Part shown: one piece after another, positions 1-13,700 of the stretch | Position numbering within the stretch: the first letter of the stretch is position 1 | Layout of the letters: every line of letters starts with the position of its first letter | Assembly (NCBI RefSeq): GCF_964204645.1 | Contig: NC_134036.1 | Span: 3,100,001-3,164,000, forward strand | Direction: 5' to 3' | DNA from: Tubulanus polymorphus | Lineage: Eukaryota > Animalia > Nemertea | Length of the DNA: 64,000 nucleotides | Notes under the pieces: model-generated | Seen by the model: the letters and a program-made list of their open reading frames with translations, nothing else | Database searches by the model: none | Told to the model about the DNA's origin: nothing | Made by a program: the position numbers and the translations under genes

Positions 1-720
1 TCAGCGATGTAGCAGTGTTGCAGTAACCCGCTACCGTGGGAACACCGCAGATAAACCCAACTGCTGAGCGACGGATTAAAGATCAACCATTTCTAATCTC
101 CTTTTAAAAAACGACCGAATCAAACGTCGAACTGTTGTTAATTCACCAGGTTCTCCGGATTGTGAGAGATATTTTTCAAAAATTTTTATGTGTTTATGTG
201 TTTACGCACAATTTCTTTTTTTCATTCACAGAGGCTGATACGATGATGGTCTCTCCTAATTCTAAATGATGATAATAATACTAATTCATTAATTTAGAAT
301 CGCTACACAAATCACATAGCTCTTTAAGCCGCTTGAACTCTTCTGGTTAATTTGTTAAATAACAGATGTAAAATTGTGTGGGTTTAAAGTTAACAAATAT
401 ATACAATTTTCAAAATAATTTCTCTAAGATGGCCTAAGCTTTACCTGGAGTACAGTGCGACTGACAGCCGGTGACGGGGTTGTCAAAACAACAATTAATT
501 TTTGTATGCGCGCACTAGATTAAGTATCGGGAAGAAATTTTGAAATTCAAATTAGCTAAGCGGATTGGAAAGTTTTTCAGCCTACAAGGCACATGTTTAA
601 CGTTGCTTTAGGCGAGTAGAGATTTTCGAGAAATGAGACGAGTCGAAATTTCAATGGGACCATACTTTTACTGAGTGGTAAAAGTTATCGCAAATAAGAA
701 GGTCTTTATTAGTAACTATA

Positions 721-992
721 TAATCATAATTTTACTGAATCGTTGAAGTTATTGAGAATGAGAAGGTCGTTATTAGTAACTAATCATAATTTTACCGAAT
801 CGTTGAAGTTATTGAGAATGAGAAGGTCGTCATTAGTAACTAATCATAATTTTACTGAATCGTTGAAGTTATCGAGAATGAGAAGGTCGTTATTAGTAAC
901 TAATCATAATTTTACCGAATCGTTGAAGTTATTGAGAATGAGAAGGTCGTCATTAGTATCTAATCATAATTTTACTCATAATCATAATTTTA
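721..992. repeat. 60-bp tandem repeat, ~4.5 copies
   Basis: Unit taatcataattttactgaatcgttgaagttattgagaatgagaaggtcgttattagtaac repeats in exact 60-nt register at 721, 781, 841, 901 and partially at 961. It explains ORF 743..1006. Confidence 0.95.
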
Positions 993-2101
993 CTCTCGAT
1001 GATTGATTTTACTTAATAAAGTTATCGAGAAAACTTGAAGTTCAAGATTGAAAATTCACATCACCGCTAAAAAGGTGACCAAACTACTATGAACTGATTT
1101 CTAACGAGACTATTATTAATTTGCCCACCTAACGCGCTAACTAGAGTTTTTGATATGGCAGTTATTTAATCCACAACAGCCTCGAGTGAGAACTATTCGC
1201 CTGGTGCGGCGGTCGCTTCCGATACCGATCTACAGCTTATGATGTATTAATACACGTGTATATATACATATATATTTATAAATGCATATTTATTTTCATA
1301 TTTGATGTTATTAAAGCAAATAGAAATGAAGAGAGAGAGAAAGAGAAAGCGATACTTCGTAATTCGAAGAAAAATGAATGCGCCCGCATAGGCGCGAAGT
1401 ATTTTGGTATATATAATATATCATGTATTTGGTTCTTTTTTCGAGGCAATACGTGGTTTCGCTGCAACGGGGAAAAATCGTAGGTATAAGAAAGAACTTC
1501 CCATCCTTTGATTATCTCGTGATTAGCTAAAAGTTTTATTTTTTCCATCCATTCATCGATAGCTCTACCGTAGAATCTCAACGATTCTAGAGGTATTACA
1601 TGTGACGTCATGATTAGTTCTTCACCCGTCAGTGTTTGCAGACTTACCATAAAATACTGCCAAATTATTATCAAGCTTCTACTATCATAAACTTCATTAA
1701 TATCATCTATCCTCTTATCAATGCGCTGCACTACTAAAATATTTAAACTCAGGGAATCCCTCCTTTGGTCATAACGCCATCAAATACTTATAACTGTATC
1801 ATAACTTTATCATTATTATCATTATTAACCCACTATTAATTAATCATTATCTAAATAGTACGTACATCGCTTCATATACATGTTATATAAAAATTGAAGA
1901 AAAAATGAGATACTAATACTTATATACAATTCTAAGATCACAGTGCTTACCACAATTCTGTTTAACAAGACCTAGTCATTATAAACTGATAACCCTTTTC
2001 AATTCCCCAAAAAATACTCTTGTCAAATTATGTAAGTTTCTGAAAGCAGCCTTTGAACCTCCATGATGTATCCCCCTAAATTACTAGATTACTAAATACT
2101 A

Positions 2102-2423
<322 letters not shown>

Positions 2424-2631
2424 TGCCACTATATTATATTATGTATTACATGAACGATATTTGTATACTGTGCTTTGTACAAAGTTACAATAAACGAAAT
2501 GAAATGAAATGAAATGAGTAACGAAAGACAGTTGATGGATTTGCAAACTTCGATGGGTTTGACGTATGGGTTGGCTGACAGTACTGTAAGGAGTGGAGGA
2601 AATACGAGCATCATATATCATATATCATAAA

Positions 2632-2900
2632 AGCGGCTGAACATGTAATCAGTTAATTAATGATGACCTTGTAACTGATAGTGATCGAATGCACTTTTAG
2701 CAGAATCTGTGATACTTGCCACCTAAAACTTACAGAATGGTGACCGTTAATAACAAATCTTATTAGAAAAAAAAACAGCTCGTCAGCCGAACACATATAT
2801 GATCATTTAATCAATGATGACGACCATGCGACTGATAATGATTCAATGCACTTTTAGCAAAATCAGTGACTTGCTACCTAAACTTACAAAACGGTGACCG
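2632..2900. repeat. Diverged ~154-bp tandem duplication
   Basis: atgatga...ctgata.tgat..aatgcacttttagca.aatc.gtga...acttaca.aa.ggtgaccg occurs at 2660 and 2814. Confidence 0.8.
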
Positions 2901-3282
2901 ATTTATCAAATGACGGCAATTTCCGTTCCGTTCTCACGAATGGTATAAAGCTATTGCGAAATTATACACCCTTTAAGCAATTCTGCGGCGTCTTCCCAGA
3001 CATGAAATAAAACATTTAGTTGTTTTTAGAAATAACGAATATAATTCCGAGTATTTTACAGCGATTATCTTGAACAGCAACGAGCTGGTATTGTTGCTGT
3101 AAGCGGACACGCGCGGTCTACAGAATCTATTCTCGTAGTTGATATCATATCTATCAAACAGTCATAATATCATAATATCTCCTCATTCCTGTTTCTCCCT
3201 ATATATTTTTTCTAACTTGATATCTTCGAAATCACCCATCAACGTTTGCTGATCATTCAATGATCATATTATTTGACAATCA

Positions 3283-3392
3283 GGGTCTGGTTTTACAGAC
3301 AGGTATTGCCTTCAACCCGATGGCTAACTCAACTCATTTTCAATTGAGTTAGCCCCAGGGTTAAAGGCAATACCAGCCTATAAAACCGGCCC
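3283..3392. mobile_element. Palindromic MITE (GGGYC...GGCCC ends, PIF/Harbinger-like)
   Basis: gggtctggttttacagacaggtattgcctt pairs with aaggcaataccagcctataaaaccggccc, and ggctaactcaa pairs with ttgagttagcc. The superfamily call is an inference from the termini. Confidence 0.7.
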
Positions 3393-5139
3393 AAGGACCA
3401 CGGTTGAAAATATTTTTCGATAAACTTAATGCTTTTGTCGGAATTTATTTCAATGGTAACAACCTCTTTCTCTATTTTGTCTTTACATTTGGATAAGCCA
3501 CATCTTCTCATTTGATCAATTAATTGTTTTTCAAAATCATATCTTGTCATCAGAGATTGGGTGGTGTTCTAAATTTACCCTGATAACTGCGTTATATAAG
3601 GGGTTCTGTGCGAGTCCATATTCCATAACTCTGATCTTAGTTTTGAAACGTTTCAATAATAATTTTTGAGATGACGTGCACTACGTCATCGATATATTGG
3701 GGCTAGACGGGTTGCCGGTCAATTCTATTCACTTATCGATATATTCAAATCTAGTACAACTTTGCTGATCTCTGACATCATACAATTTTGTATTATAATA
3801 TCTATGTCGACCATATTAAGCAATATTAGTTATTTTCCAAGGCTTCAATAAACTTTCAAGTTAGTTTTCCTGTTTTAATGTGTATGCCTAGTTGGTTTTC
3901 CAGACAACGATGGAAGGTTGCCTGAACGTGATTTCTCATTTTATTCAAAGGCAACGAGATAAAGTGGTCGCACGTGAATTGCGCGTGAAAGATTGGTGCT
4001 CAGCTGCTGAAAGAGGGTGGAGTAATCGTTGAAAATGAAAAGACACGTTTCTGTCGCCGTGTGATGCGTGATATTTCTAAAAGAAGACACCGCCCGCATC
4101 ATAATCAGTAAAAATGAAAATTATGAAAAATCACCAGTTTGAAGGGATTTGCTCCATGCAAACTAATTCGTTTCGGTTCCAGCCTTCGATAATTCGGTCT
4201 TTTTGCATAACAGTGATAGCTTAGATTGAATACTCGACCTCAGAAGGATGTCAGGCCAATTTAGTTCTGTAGCTAATCTAACAATAAAATAGGCCCAGAG
4301 TCATAGGACTTCGTTAAGACTTAACGACCATGGAACTGTGTAAAAACATCTTAACTAGTAACCTTGATTAGTATGATTAACTATATATGATGGATATCGT
4401 TGTGGTTATGTACAGTGACTGCTGAATGGCTCTTCATTTGATGGAATGATTTAAGACCACTTTTAGACTTCGAGTCATGATGATCTTGACAATGAAGACA
4501 ATGAACCAGGTGACAATGACACAGTTCATTAGTACTAATATATTCCGTCTCGAGTTGGTCTCCGCTAACCGAGGCGTTCAAGATGAGCATTCGATTTTAC
4601 ACTCGTTCCACTTCAGTATAGTATATGATGTTTTTAGATGTAGATTCTATTCCGAGAGATGAAAATTAAAATGATGAATTTTTACAACACACAAACGACA
4701 ACCGTCGAACGAGACTTAGTCGAAGCGATGCGCCTGAAATACCTCGATACTCCGCGCGAAATAGTCGCTTACCGGGGCAAGTCTCCCAGCACCGGCAGCT
4801 AGCTAACAGCTACATACCCGATGACAACTGAAGAAGTGAAGGGAAGATCGGATAACGCTGCGGAGAAAGAGACAATAATAAAACGCACCGATTGTTACGG
4901 GCATTACGTCGTAGTCATGGCAACTACAACAACAACTAAACTCCGCATAGAGTCACCTTTTAAAGAAAGGAAAACTAACCGTGTCTGTCTGTGTACCTTT
5001 GAGTGTGTGTACGCCAAACACGAGTGTTTGTTCTTTTTTGCGTATGATGTAGAGAGAAGAGAAGGTAGAGAGTTGGCGAGAGAGGTTGAGAGAAGTGCTG
5101 AGATTGAGAGGGAAGGGAGAGGAGAGGGAGAGGAGAGGG

Positions 5140-8100
5140 AGAGGTAGAGTATATAGGATGGCGAGAGAGGCTGCGAGGGAGAGGAGAGAGATGACAGGTA
5201 GAGTATATAGGATGGCGAGAGAGGCTGCGAGGGAGAGGAGAGAGATGACAGGTAGAGTATATAGGATGGCGAGAGAGGCTGCGAGGGAGAGGAGAGGTAG
5301 AGTATATAGGATGGCGAGAGAGGCTGCGAGGGAGAGGAGAGAGATGACAGGTAGAGTATATAGGATGGCGAGAGAGGCTGCGAGGGAGAGGAGAGAGATG
5401 ACAGGTAGAGTATATAGGATGGCGAGAGAGGCTGCGAGGGAGAGGAGAGGTAGAGTATATAGGATGGCGAGAGAGGCTGCGAGGGAGAGGAGAGAGATGA
5501 CAGGTAGAGTATATAGGATGGCGAGAGAGGCTGCGAGGGAGAGGAGAGAGATGACAGGTAGAGTATATAGGATGGCGAGAGAGGCTGCGAGGGAGAGGAG
5601 AGGTAGAGTATATAGGATGGCGAGAGAGGCTGCGAGGGAGAGGAGAGAGATGACAGGTAGAGTATATAGGATGGCGAGAGAGGCTGTGAGGGAGAGGAGA
5701 GAGATGACAGGTAGAGTATATAGGATGGCGAGAGAGGCTGCGAGGGAGAGGAGAGAGATGACAGGTAGAGTATATAGGATGGCGAGAGAGGCTGCGAGGG
5801 AGAGGAGAGGTAGAGTATATAGGATGGCGAGAGAGGCTGCGAGGGAGAGGAGAGAGATGACAGGTAGAGTACATAGGATGGCGAGAGAGGCTGCGAGGGA
5901 GAGGAGAGGTAGAGTATATAGGATGGCGAGAGAGGCTGCGAGGGAGAGGAGAGAGATGACAGGTAGAGTATATAGGATGGCGAGAGAGGCTGCGAGGGAG
6001 AGGAGAGGTAGAGTATATAGGATGGCAAGAGAGGCTGTGAGGGAGAGGAGAGGTAGAGTATATAGGATGGCGAGAGAGGCTGCGAGGGAGAGGAGAGAGA
6101 GAGGTAGGTAGAGTATATACGATGGCGAGAGAGGCTGCGAGGGAGAGGAGAGGTAGAGTATATAGGATGGCGAGAGAGGCTGCGAGGGAGAGGAGAGAGA
6201 TGACAGGTAGAGTATATATGATGGCGAGAGAGGCTGTGAGGGAGAGGAGAGAGATGACAGGTAGAGTATATAGGATGGCGAGAGAGGCTGTGAGGGAGAG
6301 GAGAGAGATGACAGGTAGAGTATATAGGATGGCGAGAGAGGCTGCGAGGGAGAGGAGAGGTAGAGTATATAGGATGGCGAGAGAGGCTGCGAGGGAGAGG
6401 AGAGAGATGACAGGTAGAGTATATAGGATGGCGAGAGAGGCTGCGAGGGAGAGGAGAGGTAGAGTATATAGGATGGCGAGAGAGGCTGCGAGGGAGAGGA
6501 GAGAGATGACAGGTAGAGTATATAGGATGGCGAGAGAGGCTGCGAGGGAGAGGAGAGAGATGACAGGTAGAGTATATAGGATGGCGAGAGAGGCTGCGAG
6601 GGAGAGGAGAGGTAGAGTATATAGGATGGCGAGAGAGGCTGCGAGGGAGAGGAGAGAGATGACAGGTAGAGTATATAGGATGGCGAGAGAGGCTGCGAGG
6701 GAGAGGAGAGAGATGACAGGTAGAGTATATAGGATGGCGAGAGAGGCTGCGAGGGAGAGGAGAGGTAGAGTATATAGGATGGCGAGAGAGGCTGTGAGGG
6801 AGAGGAGAGGTAGAGTATATAGGATGGCGAGAGAGGCTGCGAGGGAGAGGAGAGAGAGAGGTAGGTAGAGTATATACGATGGCGAGAGAGGCTGCGAGGG
6901 AGAGGAGAGGTAGAGTATATAGGATGGCGAGAGAGGCTGCGAGGGAGAGGAGAGAGATGACAGGTAGAGTATATATGATGGCGAGAGAGGCTGTGAGGGA
7001 GAGGAGAGAGATGACAGGTAGAGTATATAGGATGGCGAGAGAGGCTGTGAGGGAGAGGAGAGAGATGACAGGTAGAGTATATAGGATGGCGAGAGAGGCT
7101 GCGAGGGAGAGGAGAGGTAGAGTATATAGGATGGCGAGAGAGGCTGCGAGGGAGAGGAGAGAGATGACAGGTAGAGTATATAGGATGGCGAGAGAGGCTG
7201 CGAGGGAGAGGAGAGAGATGACAGGTAGAGTATATAGGATGGCGAGAGAGGCTGCGAGGGAGAGGAGAGGTAGAGTATATAGGATGGCGAGAGAGGCTGC
7301 GAGGGAGAGGAGAGAGATGACAGGTAGAGTATATAGGATGGCGAGAGAGGCTGTGAGGGAGAGGAGAGAGATGACAGGTAGAGTATATAGGATGGCGAGA
7401 GAGGCTGCGAGGGAGAGGAGAGAGATGACAGGTAGAGTATATAGGATGGCGAGAGAGGCTGCGAGGGAGAGGAGAGGTAGAGTATATAGGATGGCGAGAG
7501 AGGCTGCGAGGGAGAGGAGAGAGATGACAGGTAGAGTACATAGGATGGCGAGAGAGGCTGCGAGGGAGAGGAGAGGTAGAGTATATAGGATGGCGAGAGA
7601 GGCTGCGAGGGAGAGGAGAGAGATGACAGGTAGAGTATATAGGATGGCGAGAGAGGCTGCGAGGGAGAGGAGAGGTAGAGTATATAGGATGGCAAGAGAG
7701 GCTGTGAGGGAGAGGAGAGGTAGAGTATATAGGATGGCGAGAGAGGCTGCGAGGGAGAGGAGAGAGAGAGGTAGGTAGAGTATATACGATGGCGAGAGAG
7801 GCTGCGAGGGAGAGGAGAGGTAGAGTATATAGGATGGCGAGAGAGGCTGCGAGGGAGAGGAGAGAGATGACAGGTAGAGTATATATGATGGCGAGAGAGG
7901 CTGTGAGGGAGAGGAGAGAGATGACAGGTAGAGTATATAGGATGGCGAGAGAGGCTGTGAGGGAGAGGAGAGAGATGACAGGTAGAGTATATAGGATGGC
8001 GAGAGAGGCTGCGAGGGAGAGGAGAGGTAGAGTATATAGGATGGCGAGAGAGGCTGCGAGGGAGAGGAGAGAGATGACAGGTAGAGTATATAGGATGGCG

Positions 8101-9670
8101 AGAGAGGCTGCGAGGGAGAGGAGAGGTAGAGTATATAGGATGGCGAGAGAGGCTGCGAGGGAGAGGAGAGAGATGACAGGTAGAGTATATAGGATGGCGA
8201 GAGAGGCTGCGAGGGAGAGGAGAGAGATGACAGGTAGAGTATATAGGATGGCGAGAGAGGCTGCGAGGGAGAGGAGAGGTAGAGTATATAGGATGGCGAG
8301 AGAGGCTGCGAGGGAGAGGAGAGAGATGACAGGTAGAGTATATAGGATGGCGAGAGAGGCTGCGAGGGAGAGGAGAGAGATGACAGGTAGAGTATATAGG
8401 ATGGCGAGAGAGGCTGCGAGGGAGAGGAGAGGTAGAGTATATAGGATGGCGAGAGAGGCTGTGAGGGAGAGGAGAGGTAGAGTATATAGGATGGCGAGAG
8501 AGGCTGCGAGGGAGAGGAGAGAGAGAGGTAGGTAGAGTATATACGATGGCGAGAGAGGCTGCGAGGGAGAGGAGAGGTAGAGTATATAGGATGGCGAGAG
8601 AGGCTGCGAGGGAGAGGAGAGAGATGACAGGTAGAGTATATATGATGGCGAGAGAGGCTGTGAGGGAGAGGAGAGAGATGACAGGTAGAGTATATAGGAT
8701 GGCGAGAGAGGCTGTGAGGGAGAGGAGAGAGATGACAGGTAGAGTATATAGGATGGCGAGAGAGGCTGCGAGGGAGAGGAGAGGTAGAGTATATAGGATG
8801 GCGAGAGAGGCTGCGAGGGAGAGGAGAGAGATGACAGGTAGAGTATATAGGATGGCGAGAGAGGCTGCGAGGGAGAGGAGAGGTAGAGTATATAGGATGG
8901 CGAGAGAGGCTGCGAGGGAGAGGAGAGAGATGACAGGTAGAGTATATAGGATGGCGAGAGAGGCTGTGAGGGAGAGGAGAGAGATGACAGGTAGAGTACA
9001 TAGGATGGCGAGAGAGGCTGTGAGGGAGAGGAGAGGTAGAGTATATAGGATGGCGAGAGAGGCTGTGAGGGAGAGGAGAGAGATGACAGGTAGAGTATAT
9101 AGGATGGCGAGAGAGGCTGTGAGGGAGAGGAGAGAGATGACAGGTAGAATATATAGGATGGCGAGAGAGGCTGCAAGGGAGAGGAGAGGTAGAGTAAATA
9201 GGATGGCGAGAGAGGCTGTGAGGGAGAGGAGAGGTAGAGTATATAGGATGGCGAGAGAGGCTGCGAGGGAGAGGAGAGAGATGACAGGTAGAGTAAATAG
9301 GATGGCGAGAGAGGCTGCGAGGGAGAGGAGAGAGATGACAGGTAGAGTATATAGGATGGCGAGAGAGGCTGCGAGGGAGAGGAGAGAGATGACAGGTAGA
9401 GTATATAGGATGGCGAGAGAGGCTGCGAGGGAGAGGAGAGAGATGACAGGTAGAGTAAATAGGATGGCGAGAGAGGCTGCGAGGGAGAGGAGAGAGATGA
9501 CAGGTAGAGTATATAGGATGGCGAGAGAGGCTGCGAGGGAGAGGAGAGAGATGACAGGTAGAGTAAATAGGATGGCGAGAGAGGCTGTGAGGGAGAGGAG
9601 AGAGATGACAGGTAGAGTATATAGGATGGCGAGAGAGGCTGAGAGGGAGAGGAGAGGTAGAGTATATAGG
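5140..9670. repeat. Purine-rich minisatellite (45-bp and 54-bp units plus a 55-bp variant) with higher-order structure
   Basis: Core gtagagtatataggatggcgagagaggctgcgagggagaggaga[gagatgacag]. Diagnostic variants recur 1667 bp apart. Confidence 0.98.
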
Positions 9671-9952
9671 TCGGGGTGAGGTTGTGGCAGAGGTTTGAGT
9701 TGAGATGCACGAATGGAGAGGGATGGATAGAGAAGGGAGGAAAGATAGAGATTTGACGGGAGGTAGAGATGAGTGAGCGTGTAGTATGTTCATCCAGTCC
9801 TATAGTGTGGTTGTCTCCACAGTGATCTCCGTCGCTCTGCGATCCTAGTGTACCAACTGTGATACATCAGACACTCAGGTTCTTGGTGAGGTTATGTTGT
9901 GTGAAGCTGACGAGGGACGAGAATAGCAGGAAATTATCTTCCAGAAAAAGGC

Positions 9953-10097
9953 GAACGATGTTGTTGCAGAAGATCTGGAGCATGAAGAAAACCATACGAA
10001 TGTAGTGCTTACGGAGGAGGCTCATGAACGATGTTGTTGCAGAAGATCTGGAGCATGAAGAAAACCATAAGAATGCAGTGCTTATGGAGGATGCTCG
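9953..10097. repeat. ~73-bp direct duplication
   Basis: gaacgatgttgttgcagaagatctggagcatgaagaaaaccata at ~9953 and ~10026. Confidence 0.85.
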
Positions 10098-12086
10098 ATC
10101 TGCAAATGTTTCTGAAAACATTCTAGCAGCTAGAATGATTTCAGATGCGATTTTAGAATTTGTGACGAGGAAAACTTAAGCGTAGAAATAATCTTAATTT
10201 TCCCTTAATTTCAATCGATTTCGTATGACATATTGCATGCCAGGGGCGGACCCAGGGGGAGACATGGAAAGGAGCATAAAAAATAAAAGGGCGTATAAAC
10301 TGAAAAGGGGAAAGTGTCCGAAGCAAAATCGTGGGTCTGGAAAATTTTGAAATGTCAGTATGTAAGTTAATTGCCAGGCACATAGGTTTAGTGACATTTA
10401 AAAGAGAATATGAGGGTTATAGGCCCGAGTCTTTTGAAGCTGAGTGCTGCTTTTGAAGGTGGTTAAATTGTGCCCAAAAATTTCAGAAGGGCACAGAGAA
10501 ATTAAGCGAAGGGAGCACGTGCCTGTGCCGCCTTCTGATCTATCCCTAATAGGCCTATTCTACCGTGCAAAAGCCGATTGCGGCGTTATTCTATCGTAAA
10601 TTTCACATCAAAAGCGCAAAACGTTTCGGAGTTCAATCTAAACGCTTTATTTACATTAATATCGGTTTAAAGATTACCCCGAAGCGAAATTTATCGGAGC
10701 ATCCCTTTGAACTGTCAGGTCGCGCCGGAAACCACGCAGCTACCGAGAGACACGTGTCAAAGCTCGGTCAAACAAAATTGTCTCCTGGCAAATATGTATT
10801 TCTCCAGAGTTTATCTTTGAAAACAGACATTCTAATATTACATTTGTTCAAAGGGTTCGAATTTATAACGATTAGTTCAAAGCGTTCGAATTCTTATGAT
10901 TCTTTAGGTTGAAAGGTTTAAAATTACTGATTCTGATGTCGAACGGTTTGGAATGATAATTCTGAAGTCAAAATGTCTGGAATTTATCAAATCTGGACTT
11001 ATATATATTCACTGTTATAGTTGAAATATTGATAATCATTATTACATTAACACAATCTCAATACTCGTATTACTCAATACTCGTGTTACCCAAAACTCGT
11101 ATTACATTATCGTATTACGTTTATCGTATTTGTATTACCAAAAATTCTAGTCTTTATGAATTTTTGGTATTACAAAATAACAATGACTAATCAGTGGCTA
11201 TCAGTGACTAATCATAAAAACCAAAAATGCATAATCTTTATGAATTTTTTATAAAACTCATTGAATGAAAATGCTTTTGAGGTTTAAAAGACTGCACTGA
11301 TGGTCGGTACGGCTGTGTACTGGCAAAGACCAATTGAAAGGTGAAAAGGAAGACACGCTATACATGAAACCACGTGTGGTAATGGATTCTGAAATGATTT
11401 CAGTCGTTAAATTACTTTTATACCCGAGGTGAAATTCATTGGCAAACAACGAACAGAGGAAAATGGGACGATTTGCGAAAGATTTCCAGAGATTTAAGTA
11501 TCACCCAAGGCTGCGTTGTCCACGTCAATGTCGGTACATCGATTTCTAGAGAGACAGTTGTTTTGGAAGCCCATCCCCGACAGAACGACTAGGATCTACA
11601 CTATCTACAAACAAACAGCACGCATTGCTATTGAATTGGGATCTTATATCGTAGTCGAATTATAATTACAAGCCGATCTATATACACGGTTATCTTGGCA
11701 ATTCCTGATCCACAGAGCCGTCTCTGGGGCCGGTTCCATAGAATATAATGAACAACTGTATTTGAACGTGCTACGTTTTTTAAGATCTAGTCAGATCACC
11801 TCCTTCTTAACCAATCTGTTCGCGGTATAATCCCTGTTAAACAAAGCAGTATTAGCAGCCTCTATCGCCCGGTGATATCTATGATTTATAATAATCCCTT
11901 TTTTCGTGCTCGGAGAATTAACAAACCGAAAATAACAACGCAGTTACTGAAAGATGTTTTGATAAACGAAGCATCGATTTTTTTAGGAGTTCTATTATCA
12001 GCAGGATGGGCTATTCGGTGCAAAAATTGCCCATAAGCACGCGTATGAAAAGGATACTAAAACTATTTGTAACGAAACCTTTAGCT

Positions 12087-12905
12087 AAACAAGAGCCCCA
12101 AGGGGCACTATGGCCAGCCTGTCAGCTTTTCATAAAATGGCAAATGATGATGCATTCTGTGGGTTAAATTTGTTAAAATACACTCCCGTCTGAGAGTCAA
12201 TACATAATAATTTACACAATACAATCATAGAATGCAAAAGTAGCACAGACAGCGATTGGATCTGGCAGGAACAAATACCTCAGATGAATCTTTTCCCTTG
12301 GTCTTATTGATTTTAATGCGGAATGGAATTGAATTTTCTGAAATTTGCTCAATAAAACAAAATAGAATTGGATCTGATATTGTTTTGCAGAATAAAATTT
12401 GATTGAATTTGTAGTTTGAACACATGGCTAATTAGCATATCAAGGTCATCTATCCGATTTAAGAAAAAGCTATTTTTTCCGGACAACGGTCAATGATATT
12501 TTCTGTAGTGCTTATAAAGATATTCCTCCCAAAAACCAAATCAACTAAAGCTTTCACAGAAATCGATCTTGAAATACAATTTTAGATCTAGAAATAAAAC
12601 AGGTCCACGTGAACACCTGCTGATTTCTGCGGCTAAGCCAATCATAGAGGAGTCTTTGCTTTCTGATTGGCTTTTCAAAACCAAAATTTTTGCAATCAGA
12701 TATTCGCGAAAAAGCTCATACAAATCTTAACGAGGCCCTCTTTCAAAATTCAGCTACGTAGAGTTTGGAGAATGGATAATGCTGTAATGAATGATTTGTA
12801 TGAATATATGCTCAGTTGTACAGACAAAGAGCCTTTGGAAAACATGTCATTTAAATTCGCTCCATTTTTTATAGTAATAGGCTCAGCCTACGGCTGGCCT
12901 AAAAA
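12087..12905 (-). mobile_element. Non-autonomous Helentron-associated element (HINE / DINE-1-like)
   Basis: The minus strand begins TTTTTAGGCCAGCCGTAGGCTGAGCCT (subterminal IR folded into a 5' hairpin). It ends GGCTGGCC-ATAGT-GCCCCTTGGGGC-TCTTGTTT (second subTIR, 3' stem-loop, T-run). The subTIR GGCCAGCC at 12112-12119 matches GGCTGGCC at 12892-12899. Confidence 0.7.
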
Positions 12906-13379
12906 TTATGTTTGTCATAATCGGCTAGGTCATTTTGTCAGGTCTGTTCATGGTAAAATTGATCGTGATTTTTAAAAATGTAATGTACAGGATATATAGG
13001 CTAGGCGGCCGGCCGGGAGAACTTTTAAGCTCAGCAGCAAAAATGAGAAACAAAGTACAATTTTTTTTTACCTCAAAATGAAAATATGCAATTTCCCGCA
13101 AAAACAATCAGCCAAATTGAACAATGCACTATCAATCGACTATCAATGTTTTGTTTTAAGTGGTGCAATCTCATATCAAAAATGTCGAGGTTAGACCCAT
13201 ATGAAAGTTTTTTTTAATGTCTTAAGCATGATTTTACGTGTTCTTTTAATATGTAAAAAATGAAAAGCGCCTAGAAACTTACCATAGAACGTGTTAAAAA
13301 CGTGAGCAAGCTTCTTCTTTTGGTAATCGCTCAATGCGGCAGGAGCCATTTTATCAGTCCGGTGATTCAAGGTTGATAC

Positions 13380-13700
13380 AAAACGTGACGACGAAAGAGC
13401 GAGCGAGCGAGCGAGTGAGATGTGTAGAGACCTCCGGAGCTACGAAAGACCTTCCAAGAACAGCGCTGTAAAATCTACCCGCGGCGGGCAACTCGAGCGC
13501 GTGATCGTTTCTATCGACGACGCCGATTGGCTGCGTAGAGAGCCTAGATGCGCACGGCAGCCAATCAGCGACGTCGACACGCCACCAGCTCAAGTTTCTC
13601 GGGCGGCATCGATTCAAATTACGGTCGAATATTTAAACAAACATCAGCATCTAAACACGTGTACTCGCGTGCCAGAGGTTCGATTCTTTTTTGGTAGGTG
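13380..13700. promoter_or_regulatory. CpG-rich promoter-like region with two opposed CCAAT boxes
   Basis: gattggctg (~13525) and cagccaatcag (~13558) with locally high CpG. Splice-donor-like sites face outward on both sides: minus ATG|GTAAGT at 13283 and plus G|GTAGGT near 13694. The target gene is not identified. Confidence 0.45.

Noticed and set aside
721-992. CRISPR-like appearance of this and the 18.6-19.3 kb arrays
   Set aside because: No unique spacers, no cas genes, eukaryotic context; these are plain tandem repeats.
1276-1731. 151-aa minus-strand ORF
   Set aside because: GTG start, low-complexity tail and no motif I recognise. It could be a decayed transposon or viral fragment, but that is unsupported without a search.
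4904-9793. Very long ORFs (1629, 1585 and 906 aa on minus; Arg-rich protamine-like ORFs on plus)
   Set aside because: They arise from stop-free satellite monomers. All three minus frames cycle through the same peptides at each 55-bp variant, with no splice or domain evidence.
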